A DNA stretch of 64,000 bases from Ramazzottius varieornatus (taxonomy: Eukaryota > Animalia > Tardigrada): the NCBI GenBank assembly GCA_001949185.1, contig BDGG01000004.1, forward strand, positions 2,009,620-2,073,619, written 5' to 3'. Below are positions 1 to 14,400 of this stretch, one piece after another. Under the pieces are notes generated by a model. It saw nothing but the letters and a program-made list of their open reading frames with translations. It did not search any database and was not told the origin of the DNA. How positions within the stretch are numbered: the first letter of the stretch is position 1; every line of letters begins with the position of its first letter. A program made the translations under genes and the position numbers.

Positions 1-1635
1 GGCGCCCCTCGGACTACCGTCCAGAACGAAGCTGACGTCATTCTGGCCCCACTGATGGACTTCCTGGATGGGAGCTTGTCTACATACGCTCAGATGTGCG
101 AGAAGACGGTTCTGAAGCGGTTGCTGAAAGAATTGTGGAAGTTAACCATCAAAGGCCTCGAGAAGATGGTCGTTCTGCCTCCACTGAGCGATTACAAAAG
201 CGTGAGTCCTTCGTTATCCAAGAAAATTTATCAGTTGGTTTATTGAGGTTTTTAGCTAAACTAAAAAAGCGCTGTAAATTCTCGTCAAAGAAAATTACCT
301 TACCAAAAATAAACGGTCATAATTGCGAGCTAGGTAGACAAATCGTACAACATCGTTGTCCCCAGTGGCGCAAATCTTTATTGTTAGTCGCTGGAAAGCT
401 GCGCCACTGAAGATACCAGTCTTGCATGGTTTCTTTGCCCATCTCCCAATCATTACAGTAACTTGAGCTATTTCCGGTCGGGAATGACCTTGGCATTGAG
501 GTATCCTAAAAAACCCTTCGAGAGGCTGGTGACTGTTCTTGTTTGATAGATTCTGCCTACGGGGAAGGTCGAGGACATGTCGCGAATGGTACTGAACCAA
601 GTCGTCACCGGTAAAGGCTTAAACCTAACGGGCGTCGTTGAGCAGCTGTCGAAAGAAATGGAGAAGTCGCTCTCGCCTCGACAGTGTGCCGTTGTGGATA
701 TCGCGTTGGATACAATCAAGAGCTTCTTCCACGCCAATGGTCAAGGACTGAAGAAGTCGTTCCTCGAGAAGAGCCCCGAACTGCAGTCACTTCGTTATGC
801 GTTATCGTTGTACACGCAAACCACAGACAGTCTAATCAAGACCTTCATCAAGACGCAGACAACACAAGATGCGCCAAGTCAAGAAGAAAGTTTCGGAGAA
901 GTCAGCATACAAGTGGAGCTTTTCACCCATCCGGGAACCGGCGAGCACAAGATCACCGTTAAAAGTAAGCACACAAAGTATCTCAGTCAACACAGGATCT
1001 GTATTTTTAAATTATTTTTTTGCAGTCATTGCCTGTAACGATCTCAAATGGTCGACCACGGGAATGTTCCAGCCGTTTGTGGAAGTCTGCATCGTCGGCC
1101 CCCATCTCGCTGACAAAAAGCGCAAGTTTGCCACGAAATCCAAGAGCAACGTCACTTCGCCCAAATATGCCGAAAGCACTGTGTTGTAAGTAAAGCACAA
1201 CCGTACTGTAACATAAGACCGGTCTAACTAAACATTCGCTGTTCTTGCAGTATCTTGGGTAATGAAGACGAGCCAGACGCCTACGAACTCCACATTTCCG
1301 TCAAAGATTACTGCTTTGGTCGTGCAGATCGACTGGTCGGTACGGCAGTCCTACAGCTGAAGGACATCCTCGACCAAGGCAGCGTTGCCTGCTGGTGTCC
1401 GCTAGCCCGAAGGCTCCAGCTGAACGATACCGGCTGGACCATCCTCCGTATCCTTGCACAGAGAAATAACGACGAAGTGGCCAAGGAGTTTGTCAAGCTC
1501 AAATCCGACACGCGACAGGAAGCCGAGGTAGCTCCTCCAGCGCCACCAGCTGGTGCTACCACCGGCAAGCCAGCAGCATCGCCAAACGCTCAGCCCGCCA
1601 AAGGCCCTGCAGGACCGGTGAAGAAAGGAAAGTGA
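1..1635 (+). CDS. unc-13: Unc-13/Munc13 homolog, 3' part (MUN domain end + C2C domain); 5' end lies outside the window
   Basis: Spliced exons give [110 protein letters not shown] and [13 protein letters not shown]. These are characteristic Munc13 C-terminal sequences. Stop TGA at 1633-1635. Confidence 0.95.
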
Positions 1636-2689
1636 TCTTCGTAAAGAGTCTAATTTCAGATGACGTTATTCGCTGTGTGAAAGATGACCTGGTCTTTTCC
1701 AAAAGTGATGGTCGGTGAGTGACGGCCAGTGTTCCGCCCCAGTGCCCCGGATCTCTTCGAGAGTTTTGATGTGACGAAAAGTTTTCGGTTTTTTGTTTCA
1801 ATTGTCTTAGTTCCGTATGTTTTCCAAAAGAAAGTGCCTTGCAGCTTCGATGTAATAAAGAATCTGAGTTTCGTGTAAACTGATAAGATTATTTGGATAT
1901 GGACACAGAGTACACAGTGAAACCACTGACCCTTCCAGACAGGTTAAATCTCTCCTCTAATCTCTCTGACCCTTTCATGATGGCGCTGCAGGTGTGTCGG
2001 CTATCAAGTTGTCATGTGATGTCATGCCATGCCTCACTTGTAAGGCTACAAACGATCGCAGTCAGGTCATACAGTAGTTACATGACAAGCTGACGAAAAC
2101 AGGATTTCAATTCGGTCTCTTGTGATTTTCGTTTGTGATGCGGGAAAAGCACATTCTATTGTCTGGGAAGAACACAGGAAGATAACATCCTCGTGGTAAA
2201 AGACGGGATGCCAGCGAAATATGAATTGTCCAGGATGTCACGCTCTGGAATGGATATAAAGCTCAACGTTGTATAACCCAACGGTTCGTCGCTACGCGTG
2301 CTGCATAGATTTGGTCAGCTTTTGTAGAAGAACAACGAGCCGGATCAATGGTATCGATCCGCTGGAGTGATCCCTGCGAATAGCAGGAAGGCCTCGTGAA
2401 ATTTATGTTCATGATTGACGGCTGTGAAAAATTGCTGGTCTATGGAGCACTATCGACGCTGCTTGAGCTGAAACGCCTCCCCTACTCCTGCTTAGTCACA
2501 TTTATAACAGGCACATCGTTCCTTTCGACTCAAGAAGGACGAACCTTTGTGGCTGAAACAGTTTCTGTTGCAGGAAAATTCTGTGGCTCGTCACCTAGGA
2601 TTTTGATCAGCAAGACTGAAGCATCTGGGACTTTGCTGCTACTGTTTTTAGTTTGCTTTGTGCCTGATTTCCCTCCCCACAGCTTCGGG

Positions 2690-4382
2690 ATGGATTTCAA
2701 AAAGATGCTCAATCGGGCGGTCCAGGTGAGTTCGCACAGTACCCTTGTGAATAACTTACAGCGAACAGCTCGAGTACTACCCTTATGTACAACTGTGTAG
2801 TTCGCCGAAGAGAAAGTAGGCAGAGACGTGGAGAAAACTCGGCTGGAGAGTGATTTGGAACACCTGATCGAAGTCCAAGAGAAGGTGAAAAACCACACGG
2901 AAAAGATAATGCGAAACACTGAAACTGTGCTACAGCCAAATCCAAGTACCCATCTTCCGCCTTGCATATAGAGGACAGAAATTGCTGTATAGCTTATGGT
3001 TTCTTAATTGTTTCCGAATGTTTCAGATGTTAGAATGGAGGAGTTTATGTACGAGAAATTGGAAAAGCGTCTCCGTCAACGGGCAACTCCTATGACGGAA
3101 CTTGCTTCCACGCTAAAAGGTAAGACTTGAAGCGGATCGATTACGGAGCTAATCAGGCGAAAACTGTAAAAAGACTTCGGCAGAAAGATCTAGCGGCAAG
3201 AATAACCCGGTGCGTACTTTTAGAAGCCGGAAATGATTTCGGACCACAAACTCCGTATGGTAAGAGCTAGAGTTCTAGTCCTCCGTGGTCTGAAGCTGGC
3301 GATCCCGAATCACTTTCGGGTACCCGTTGTCTAAAACTGGTACTTCACTATAGGCTCTGCGCTAATCAGAGTGGGAGATTACGAGCATCGACTGGTAAAT
3401 AATTTTCTATGTGGTTTCGCACTATAATGTGGTGTGTCAATACCATTACATATCTTGACGTTTTCAAGTTTTGCAGGCGCAAGTGGAGCTCGAATTTGTT
3501 TCCAACACAGCCGACAACTTTCTGACGCCATTACGGCGCTTCCTGGACGGAGACATTAAAACAGTACTGGCAAGTCAGAGCCTCGCAGCTTCTCAAGCTA
3601 TCGTACTCTGTTGTGTGAACCGTTTTATCCAGAAAGAGCGGAAAGAGCTGAATAATCGTCGACTAGACCTGGACCATGCGAGATCCAAGCTAAAAAAGAC
3701 CAACAAAGACGACCCGAAACTCAGCGTACGTCAACGAAGCAAAACGCTGTGAAGGTTTCGCCCAGTCTATACATGTAGAATTTTTTGGTCCACAGGATAC
3801 ATTCGCAAAGTTTGAGAACGAAGCCAGGGTCGCAAATGCCGAGTTTGAAAGACAAGCTGAGATCACTCGGCTTCTGCTGGAAGGTGTTGCGAGCTATCAA
3901 GGAAACCACCTCAGGTATCTGAAAGACTTTGTGGAAGGACAGCGCAGATATTACGCCACATGCCACGGGATCGCCGAAGAGCTTTATCGCGAGCTGAGCA
4001 CGTAGGTGATCCCAGATTATCTATTCAGCGGTGCGCTAATCACTGTCCGATTACAGCATAAACCCAGAGGATTGTCAAGCACCGCGAGCTTTCTCGTCTC
4101 CTCCAGTTGGGTCTCGGAAAGCCAGGGTACTATGTGACTACGAAGCCGACAACGGGCAGGAGCTTTCGCTAACAGCCAACGAGGTCCGTGCATCTGTTAA
4201 ATTCCGTACGCATCTGTTGAACTCCCTCGTACTGTTGTTTTCAAGTGTTGGATATCGTACGTTTCTTCCAGGTAATTTTCGTCATATCGGTGGCTAGCCA
4301 AGACGGTGACTGGCTGATCGCCCAACGCGTTTCGGGAGAGAAGGGCAAGATACCTTCGACATACATTGAGTTCCTGGAGTGA
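2690..4382 (+). CDS. SH3GLB1: Endophilin B (N-BAR + SH3), multi-exon
   Basis: MDFKKMLNRAVQ|FAEEKVG..VEKTRL..VLQPNP, FGPQTPYG, FLTPLRRFLDGDIKTVL|KERKELNNRRLDLD, EFERQAEITRLLLEG. C-terminal SH3: RKARVLCDYEADNGQELSL..DWLIAQR..KGKIPSTYIEFLE*. Confidence 0.92.
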
Positions 4383-4911
4383 CGCGCAACAGCTCAAAGA
4401 TCCCGGACGCGCAGAGTCGACTGCGCCACCGCAGAAAGCCAGCCTCAAGTTGGGGCAGGCATAGTTGATACGGAACAGGAGGAACTTCCTGGTTTCTCGG
4501 AAGAAGCTGTCGTATGACGGTGTACTAATGCGTTTTGTGCCTTTAGGGTATTTCTTCCTTGTGACTAGCAAATAAGCAAAGGTATTGTGGCTGCATCACT
4601 GTACGTGTTCATATCTCATTCGAGTACTGACGGATGATTGCACCGACGATTTACACTTTACAGTTTAACCTGGAACGGTATTGTCAACTACTGTACAGTA
4701 ATTTGAAAAATAACCAAAATAGTGTAGTACGATAAAAAACACCAAATATTGTAGTATGAAGGGGTTGCAGACGATCAAACAGGAATAACGAGGGATCATG
4801 TAAAGGATAAAACAATTCAACATTTGGAAATGGCATCGCATATATCACAACAAAAAGGAACATTGAAGTCATCCCTCGCAAAAGTTGAACCGTTCTTGAG
4901 CTAGGGGTACC

Positions 4912-7900
4912 TTACTTGTTCGTCCGGCAGTGTCGTTGGTCCATCCAGGACCCAGGTCGTTCGATCACGCCATGCTTACTTGCCTTCGGGTTTCGGCTTT
5001 TTATTCTTCTTACCAAGAATGCGCATCAGGTTTTTGCTCATGTAGTATGGCTTCATGGGAGATCCATCGTTTCTTTCGAGATCCTCAACTAGGAAAAAAG
5101 CCTCATGTTTGAAGGCTCGTCAAGAAGTGCGCAGTTTTTGGAGCTTACGAAAACAGAGGAAGAGCGTGTCGACCGCCATCGAGTAGACGCCGAAGAAGGC
5201 CGATGTAATCATGAAGCTCCCAACTATCACGGTCTATCAAAACAAAAATGTTATACAAATACAGCTGATGTTGAATTGATCCGATTATTTTCACCGCAGA
5301 AGTAACGGAACATAAAACAAACGAAGAACGCTCACAATGATCGGTACGTAATAAAAGTTTAGGTGTGGTCGATACTGCTCTAGAGCCGGGATCCTTCCCG
5401 AATAGAAAAAGAAAGTCGCAACCCCTGTCAACAAGATCGATGATCAAACATAGTGTCGACCAGGCCATGCATCATGTACAGGCGTCGCGGCAGCCTTTCC
5501 CAGCGACGCAAACAAACCAGAGCGGAACGGCGCACCCAAAGTCTGCACCCATCAACCAAGTAGCCTACACGGAAGAAAGAGCTGGACTGGCGGAAGCAGG
5601 GCGTCAAGAAGCACACCAACAAGCAAAAAAACCAAGGACAAACTAACTCGGACAAACTCCACAAACATACGCGGCAATCTGGGGATATCGTCAAGTTCTG
5701 TGGGCTAAAGCCAGTACTTACGATGATAGGAACCGCAATATAGTTCATCTGCTTTGGGCTGTTCAAAGCGGCAGGAGCAATGGAATTGAAGCCACCATTA
5801 AAGAAATGGGCAGCAAAGATTCCTAAAGTAGGAAAGCGTGCTGTTGGCTGAAGCAGGTAGTTGGCTGAAGCGGCTTAGAAGCAGGTAGTTCACCAAATGC
5901 GCGCAAAAAAGCATAAGACTTACCGATGGCCGTAACGATCGTAATTTTACCGAGGAACAACAGGAAATCCGTAACCTTGTCTAACACGAAGACCCTGAAA
6001 TGAAACTCGTGGTTTCGAGACATGGACCAAAATAATTAGGCTTATAGAGATCGAGCAGTGTAAAGCCAAACCTTAGAATGTTGCGCATAAGCAGCGAAAA
6101 AGCTTCTCTCGCGGACCACAGAAAGTTCTTCCCATATATGGCCACCTGCAAATGTTTTCTGACTAGTCGCATGCTTTCCCCCACGTTCACTGCGGTATTG
6201 GTCAATTCTTACCATGATGTAAGCATTTTTGTTGATGAACTTTAAGAACTTCTCCAAGCACCACAAACAACAGGCGCAACACCTAGAGCAGCGAAAATGC
6301 ATCACACTCCTGTGAATCCAGTATATACGTAAAATGTATTTAGAGCAACGACGTTGGCCTTACTTGACAAGAAACCGGGCGAAGCCTAGGTGGGACTGTC
6401 GGAGCTTCTCATCCAGATTTTCCAGCAGCCAGCGGATAAATCGAACGACCGCAATGACCAGTGCTCCAAACGCAACGGAACCGAGATGGTACCTGCACGT
6501 ACGCAAACCCGGGCTTCCAGTGAACAGAATTTCTCGACAAGGGACCCATACTGGAAAACCCCTTGATAAATACATACCGGAAACAACGTCCAACAGAGTT
6601 AGCTACCGGGAACATGGGCATGTTGTTAGACTTGTCTCGTGTCCAGTAATAAGTGGCAAACGCTCCCGCCAAGCAAAGGTCGCTGACGCCCATAATGAAG
6701 AATCCCAGCCAAAACAAACCGAAGACGTTGTACATGTGAAACCAGGTGTACTTCCTACAACGGAACAAAAACTTGATAGTCAGCTTTTAGGCATCAATAA
6801 TATCAAGGCATGCAACTCACTGATCCCTGACGTATCTTTGGAAAATGCATACGGAGCCGTTGTTGGCTGCATAAGTCAATGGGTTGCAGATGTCACAGAT
6901 CTGACCGGTGGAGGCACCCAGATCGTGCGGGTTCCTCACACAGCCTTGACTGTCTCCGGCCGAGGAAAGAAATCTAAAACACAACCCGCTGACGCACCCC
7001 GTCAAATCTGTCTGAAGAATGCGAAGAAAAACTGGATTGCTTACACTGCCATGATTCCCCAAAAAGCAAACACGCCGACTTGGAGCAAGAACGGTATTAT
7101 AGGCCATAAGAGCGTCATCGTCATAGATCCCACACCCCTATGTACACGTACATAATTGCAGAGTGCGTCTTCAAGCAATAATGCAGCAGCGTGAGCCTAT
7201 GTACTTGCTCGCTTCCCGCAGTAGCGCAATGGCCAGTCTAATACGGTTACGGAGAAATAATCCCATGAGAACAATCAGTCCCAAGAAAACAGCAGCCAAT
7301 ATTCCTACAAAGAACCAGACGTGCGCATCGAAGTCTCGAATTTTCGTCTCTCATGTTGTTCACGGTCCCTTTGCTGTATCATACTCACCAAACGCTAACC
7401 ATGTCTCTTGCTTCGTCAAAACTCCATTGTTTTCTTGTTCGAAGGGGTTACTCGGATTGACGACGGTTGGTGGTTGAGACCTCAGTCGGTTCCACGTTGT
7501 AAAACAGTAGAACGTCGCTGCAAGATGAACTATCTTACTTGGGATCATTTCACCGGTATCTGGCATAAACCGTTCTTACCATAGCTCAGCAGGCCGATGA
7601 CAGCAGCCAGGCCGAGCCAAACCATTGGCCCAGCGACCCAGCGCATAACCACTATCCAGGCCAACGAGATTATCGCCGCAGCGATGAATCCGCTATAAAG
7701 CATTCCAACATAGTTTTATAGGATTTATCAAACTGAGATGAGAGGGACACCTACACAAGAATCATCCACCACGACGCTTCGAAATCTTGGAACACCTTTT
7801 CGATAGTTGCCCGCGCACCAAGAAATTCCGTGAGCCCTCGGGATCCTTGGCGTAACTGGTCCATAGTGGGTACGCCTCCTCGAAAGTCTAGCAACTTCGA

Positions 7901-8931
7901 GGTGTCAAAAGGCTGACCACTGTTCAGAGTGCTGTTCGGAAGACTCGGAATACATCGACTGGAAACTGGTGCGGAGGGCACGGTCAAGGAGCACGTAACG
8001 TAAGGACTCTAATAACATAACCCCACCATTAAAAACACGAACTCTATTGGGCGTACCGAGTATTTCATACCGCGTTCTCATCCCCCACAATCTCGAGGTT
8101 CTGATCTACACACAGTTTCACTCCGAGTTCCACCGGACACGACTGTACGCACACAGCTACGCCACAACCTCCTTCAAAGCAATGTCGAAGGTCCATGTAG
8201 TACAGATACGGTCGGTCCGCCAAGCTGAAAACGACCAGTTTAAATTTAATATCCATAAGAACAATCGGGACGTGCATAAATGAATCAAAGCGGATCATCG
8301 TTTGAAGTGGCGCACGCTTTCACTCTTACAGAACGATCGCATGCGCCACTGGCCCACATCCAATTTAACATCCAAGACAATAGAATGCGAAGTTTCACAC
8401 ACTTGAGTATAGCAATACTGGTAATAAAGGTCTTACTTATATTGGGCACCGTTGCGGTTTCCATTTTTGCCACAGATCCGTCCGATAGAGTCGGTTGGAT
8501 GGACGAGACGATCCCAGTCACCTTTAGCGAAAGCTGCAAAACAGATGACGTCATTTTATAGGTTCTATATTCAAAACATCCGGTGATGTTTGATAAGCCA
8601 TGATTGTTACGAGGTCGAAGGTCTCACCAAAATACGCTACAACAGCCCACCCCACCAGGAAAGCGCACAATAATATCAGGCATACGATATCAGTACAACT
8701 CCTGAAAGTTCAGAATACAATAACGGCGAGAGAGTTCATTTCTGAAAGCAACTGTCCTTACCGTCTCCGCACAGGGCCATGGAAATCCGGATCGTATTCC
8801 TTCGGCTGACCTGAAATTCAAGAAAAAGTCTACGGACGTTCGCTGTAAACTTTAGGCAAAAACTCGTTGGTACCGTCGGACTATTGATACCTACCGTATT
8901 TCCCGCTCTCATCGACGGGGCCTTTGGCCAT
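4912..8931 (-). CDS. Choline transporter-like protein (CTL2/CTL4, SLC44 family), many exons
   Basis: MAKGPVDESGKYG|QPKEYDPDFHGPVRRR|SCTDIVCLIL, YHLGSVAFGALVIAVV, CCACCLWCLEKFLKFINKNAYIM|VAIYGKNFLWSAREAFSLLMRNILR, VLDKVTDFLLFLGK, EKNDGSPMKPYYMSKNLMRIL. The exact C-terminus is tentative. Confidence 0.92.
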
Positions 8932-10813
8932 CGCGTCCCTGCAACAACAATCAAATCAGTAATCAAATACCTTCCCTCCGGAAGACCCGGAAGTAACCGT
9001 GTCCAAGTCTCCTGTTCAACGGCATGGAGTAAATTATCAAACAAAACGAAAGGTAAAACACGGCGACGTATAAGGAGCAACTGGTGCTCTCGTTATCAAA
9101 CCAGTTTGGTCAACTTGGGCGATTCAGGTTAACGGTGATGTAGCGAGGCACGATGTCGCACGGTCATCGTCAATATGATAGCAAACAAGGAAGGAGAAAA
9201 ATGATGAACTCAAGTAGAAAACTGCGCGGGTTCCTTGACGCAACACATCACATAACATTAATTGTAGGCCCAATTTCATACAAAGTACCTTGAGGATTCT
9301 CAGGCAAAGATTCAGAGCGTAGACGGTAGTGTTCACTTTCACTCTGTAATCTGCGTTCTTGCAGGGCCAATGCAAATATTCAACGCACCTGACTGTGCGG
9401 TATGTCGAGTTTGTAAAATGGTGTTCTAAATACAGACACGCGTCTGTCAGGCTCCTCACCGTGGATTGTGCTACTGCCGGCCACAACTATATGACTGCTG
9501 ATAACGGTGATAAGCCAACTGGAACTTGGTGGAGGTTTAAATTTACTGGTGTACACAGCTCGGGTAGGAACTTGCGTACAACACTCGGCTCACTCTTCGT
9601 CTGCTCGAAAGTGCTACGACGCACTAACAGGTGGCGAGCGTACGGAAGTTGTAAATTAGAGCAAACATAAACAAAGTACCCGGCTGGTAAGACCGCAATG
9701 AAGCATACGGTATATTGTTCGAAGGTACTTATGCCCGCAATCGCTACAGAAACCTCGCAACTCTCCAAACAACCTGAACAGCCAGCCAAAACCCCAGTAC
9801 GCGAAGCGGTGGTAATGTTTTCTGATGTTCCTGGTCATATTTGCTGCTAGTTTGGCGACCACAATGTATGCTAAATGATTTTTATGACACTGTAAACTTA
9901 CGTCTCGTCGGCATATTCGTCGTCGTCCATTGGAACAGGTAGATGCGTACGCGTTCTCACAGAAACAAATGTCCGATCTTTTCTTCGTGGGTCAGAAGCT
10001 CAATCTGAAACGAAAGAAACATTTACATTTTAGAGACCAATTTTTGTCTTGGTGTCCAATAAAGACATCGAATACGTCTTGCATACATGCTTAGATAATG
10101 AAGAATTTCACATTCGACCTATGAACTCCCGGCAGTGGGAAATTTCCAGGGTGCATCAGGTCTCATTCCAGCAACGCAAAGGATCCGACACCGAGAGTGA
10201 ATGGATCGATGAAGCCGCAAACGGGGTGCGCTTTCAGTTAGGATCCTAGAGATGTAGCAGCTGGAAACGACAGTAATTATTAGACCGAAATGCCAGGCAG
10301 AAGCTTCAGCCACGATTGTGTCTCACCAATACCCTCCGTCCGCGTCCGAGGATCCGCTATCGGTTGTTCGGACATTTTCCGACCGTTCAGCTCCAAATTC
10401 AATCCGAACTGCTCACAGACCGAATTAAAGAGACATGCGATAGAACAAACTACGACAAAGATTCTCTGCAGCAAAACGCAAACAAAAGATCGCGATAATT
10501 ATTTTTGCTGTGCTCTCTGGAGTCGGGGCTTTTGGACTATTAAGGCGGGGCAAGCCCGGGCCGGGCCGCCCGGGGAAGTACGTCCCAGTGTGAATAGAAC
10601 GACTGAGAGTCACTGAGTCGCTGGCTCGCTGCCGGGCGGCAGCCAAACACCCAGGTCGTGGGGGGGGGGGGACGGATAGCATTTTTGTCAAACGATAACA
10701 GAAACATTTTTGTGAAAGTTTTGCCATCTTTCCGTTTCCCGTTCAGGTCCGGTTCTCAACTTATCCACCTTGACATCCAGAGTGCAACGGGAATTGGTCT
10801 AGCAGAAAGTGTC

Positions 10814-13213
10814 ATGTTGGCCTTCAAGGTAAGGAATGGCGTTGTCGTGTCCGACGCAAACCCCGGAGGCCGTCGCGAAGATCGGACTGTGCTCGTTTTC
10901 ACCTGTTTGCTAATTGAATGCCATGCTTCCTGTTAATTCTCGCTATAAAAAAACCGTTGTGCCATTTTGTTCCTGTGTTGCAGTGTTCGAAATTGCTGAA
11001 TCGGGGACTGTGGAACCATGTCCGTACGTTCGCTGTCCAAGCAGATCCGAGCGCCGCTCATGGAGTTCAGCCTGGGATGCCTGGCATCAGCTTTGGTTAG
11101 TTCAGGCACACGTGCTGTATCTACATATGGAACATTCACTTCCGGTCTGTGGGATGATAAGTCTGTGTTCTCTGCAGAGCTGTCGGACGAACAGAAAGCC
11201 TATCAGGTATGCAGCGAGCGAATGCGTCTCGAGATTGCCGTTCCTGTTTCTCATTGCAACCTGGCAGGCATTGTTCCAATAGATAATCACTGTGAATTGC
11301 AGGAGGTAGTAAAGAAATTCGCTCGTGAGGAAATAGCACAGAAAGCTGCAGAGTATGATAAAACTGGAGAGGTGGGTTAGTCTAACAAAGCAGTACTTCC
11401 TTTTTAGAACTGTTAACTGTATTTGTTGAACGGTTGACAATTATATCGTACATGTAATGGAATTTCTCGTTAACGCATAGTATCCATGGGATGTCGTGAA
11501 GAAGGCGTTCGATCTCGGTCTCCTGAACTCTCACATTCCACCAGAGTATGGCGGACCAGGGATGGGCAGTCTGGACGCTTGCATCATCACGGAAGAGATG
11601 GCATGGGGATGCTCAGGTGAAATCTGCGTACCCCCTTGTTAAGTCCATTGGCACATTGTATTGATAATTCGAATACGGAAGCAACAACTTTCTGTGCTCT
11701 CTCAGAACAGAGTGATTTTCAGCCAATATTTTGCAGGGATCACGACTGCCATCGCTGCTAATGGTCTTGGTCAGGCGCCGATTCTGTTAGCAGGGAACCA
11801 CGAGCAGAAGAAAAAATACCTCGGCCGTATGACGGAGCCAACCAGCGGAAATCCTCTGATGTGTGCCTACTGTGTTACGGAACCCGGAACAGGATCAGAT
11901 GTCGCCGGCATCAAGACGAAAGCAAAACGCCAGAACGACGGGTCGTTTGTCGTTACTGGACAGAAGATGTGGATCACCAATGGTAAGCGAAACGTGGATA
12001 TCACTGACACGATCTGAAACAAGTCGATCCAGTACTTTCAGCGCTTAGTGTTTCATAGCGGGAAAAGCGAATTGGTTCTTCGTGCTCGCCCGCTCTGCCG
12101 ATGATCCCACGACTCCCATCAATAAAGCTTTCACGGCCTTTGTGGTGGACGCGGATACTCCTGGCTTGACTGTCGGTCGAAAGGTAGGCTTTTCTACCTC
12201 TTATGAATGTTCTTTCCACTTGTTAAACTTTGGAACTGTTTTGGCAGGAATGGAATATGGGACAAAGAGCCTCCGACACTCGGGGAGTGACTTTTGAAGA
12301 TATGGTTGTTCCCAAAGAGGTCAGTTATGTTCATGAAGAATTGTACCTAACTATGTGCCTTGCGAGACAACGGAGCGGTCTTTTTTAGAATGTACTAGGT
12401 ACTGAAGGTGCAGGCTTCAAGATTGCGATGGGAGCTTTTGACCAGACACGGCCTCCAGTTGCTGCGAGTGCAGTAGGTCTCGCCCAAAGAGCTCTGGATG
12501 AATCGCTAAAGTACGCTATGGAGAGAAAGACTTTCGGCAAAGCCATAATCGAGGTCTGAAAGCTCTCACACTCGTGCTACTTTCTTGGAGCAGATAACCG
12601 TCACACTTCTGCTCTCGAACAGACTATTTAATTTTTCAATAATACTGAATTTTGGGAACTTTTTGTCCTTGTAGCATCAATCCGTAGGAAACATGTTAGC
12701 CGACATGGCTATCGGAGTTCAGGTATGGTCCGCCCTGAACTATTTTCTGTATTGTCTGTAACCATTTTAATGTTTCTACCATGTTTCTGCCTGTAGAATG
12801 CACGATATGCAACGTACCGAGCAGCGTGGGAAGTTGATCAAGGCCGAAGCAATACTTTCTACGCCAGTGTTGCAAAATGCTACGCCGCTGATATTGCTAA
12901 CAAGATTGCCGCTGATGCTGTCCAGGTGGGTTACTAATCTCTACAAGATTTAGTGGGCGTGCTCGGGTGAAACTTCGGGCTATCTGCAGGTTTTTGGAGG
13001 AAACGGGTACAACAGTGAATATCCTGTGGAAAAGCTGATGCGTGACGCGAAAATCTTCCAGGTTAGTTGGTCTGTCCAGTGTCCAGCGTATATTTAGGGA
13101 ATTCAGGTTATGAACCTATTCTTCTTTCACAGATTTATGAAGGAACTTCACAGATCCAGAGACTGATTCTCAGCCGGGAGCTTGCCAAACGAGCGAAGCA
13201 ATCGGGAGGTTAA
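10814..13213 (+). CDS. ACADM: Medium-chain acyl-CoA dehydrogenase, mitochondrial
   Basis: [29 protein letters not shown]|[90 protein letters not shown]|[12 protein letters not shown]. Confidence 0.95.
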
Positions 13214-14400
13214 CCACGTTACTTTGCAATACTTGCAAGATGAGTGATTACTGAAACGGCCTCTGTCAGGTTTGACTTTCTAAATTATATTTGATGGATG
13301 TACGATATTTCTCGTTTGAACACTATCAAGTTTTACATTGAAATAACATCATTTGCTCACTTATTTTGAAAGTTTATCAGCTTATTAGATCCATTTCCGT
13401 ACTCGTACTGTACTTTGGCCTTTCGAGCTCCTATATGTTTCGTACTCGCCATGTATGAGTTGACCATTGAAAACCAGCTCTGGTTTGAGTCAGTGTTCAC
13501 GTTAGGCTTTCCCATTGAGCTATATACCACTTTTATGAAATTATAATGCTTAGCTTTCGTATGGTAGATCAGTCTGCTATCAGTCAGGACAGGCAGAGTA
13601 CTCGTTGTCTCCTGCTGTCGAATCCGAGGAACCTTTACGGTTAGGGGCTAACCGTTAGTCAGCCTCGAGCATTAGGCCTGTGACAGAGTCAGTTGAGTAG
13701 GATGTGGGATGGATTTCTTGATGTATCCGGTGATAGATTATAATTCTGCCCCCCTTTCGCCTGAGAAAATATTAATGCTGCCTTCAGCCGCGTAAAGAGC
13801 TTCTGGTAGATCAACAAGGAGCGCTTCCACAGATGGTATATTGAACCCGGTGACATCTGAGCCCACCGCGTACAGTATTGAGGTACCTAGAACCGGTATG
13901 CGCGCGTTGGGAGGCCGCAAAATATCGATCTTTTTATTAATGAATCTTTGCTTTATGATTAAGGTGCTTCGTGTGGAAAGGCGCATTTGTTTTCGAGAGA
14001 TTACGCCTACACAGCGCTATTCCGTCAGAGCCTGCGACGCGGCCTGTACGTCGTGGCCGAGGCTCCAGGAGACTAAGCCGGGATAATACGGGCACAGCCT
14101 GATTATCTGTCATCCCGTGTTTGTAGGTATGACTGTGGAAAATCATCCGTGCAGTCTACCTGTCACTCGTTTGCTCCATGATCTTCCATCCAAACTCTTC
14201 GTTATCCACTTTATCAGATCCTCCAGCCACATGATTCTGTAATGGACTTTGTGATGGGTCTTCGATTTTTGCCCTGACCAAATCGAAACTCCTAACATTC
14301 CCCTCCGAAAAATATTTCTTTGGGTCCTCAGAAGAACTGATCTTTTTGTCTTTTGTGTATAGTTTGTTCTTTTTATCCGAAAAATACAGCTCGACGGAAG

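Noticed and set aside
6334-7155. 273-aa plus-strand ORF
   Set aside because: It is an antisense shadow of CTL exons with no recognisable motifs. The same applies to most short ORFs opposite dynamin, GAR1 and HSD17B10.
10520-10675. GC-rich block and G12 run, considered as RNase P/MRP RNA or a G-quadruplex
   Set aside because: The conserved RNase P/MRP boxes were not found as a set. It is more simply promoter sequence.
13600-14200. Possible decayed retroelement or ORF fragments
   Set aside because: I could not identify RT, endonuclease or recombinase motifs with confidence.
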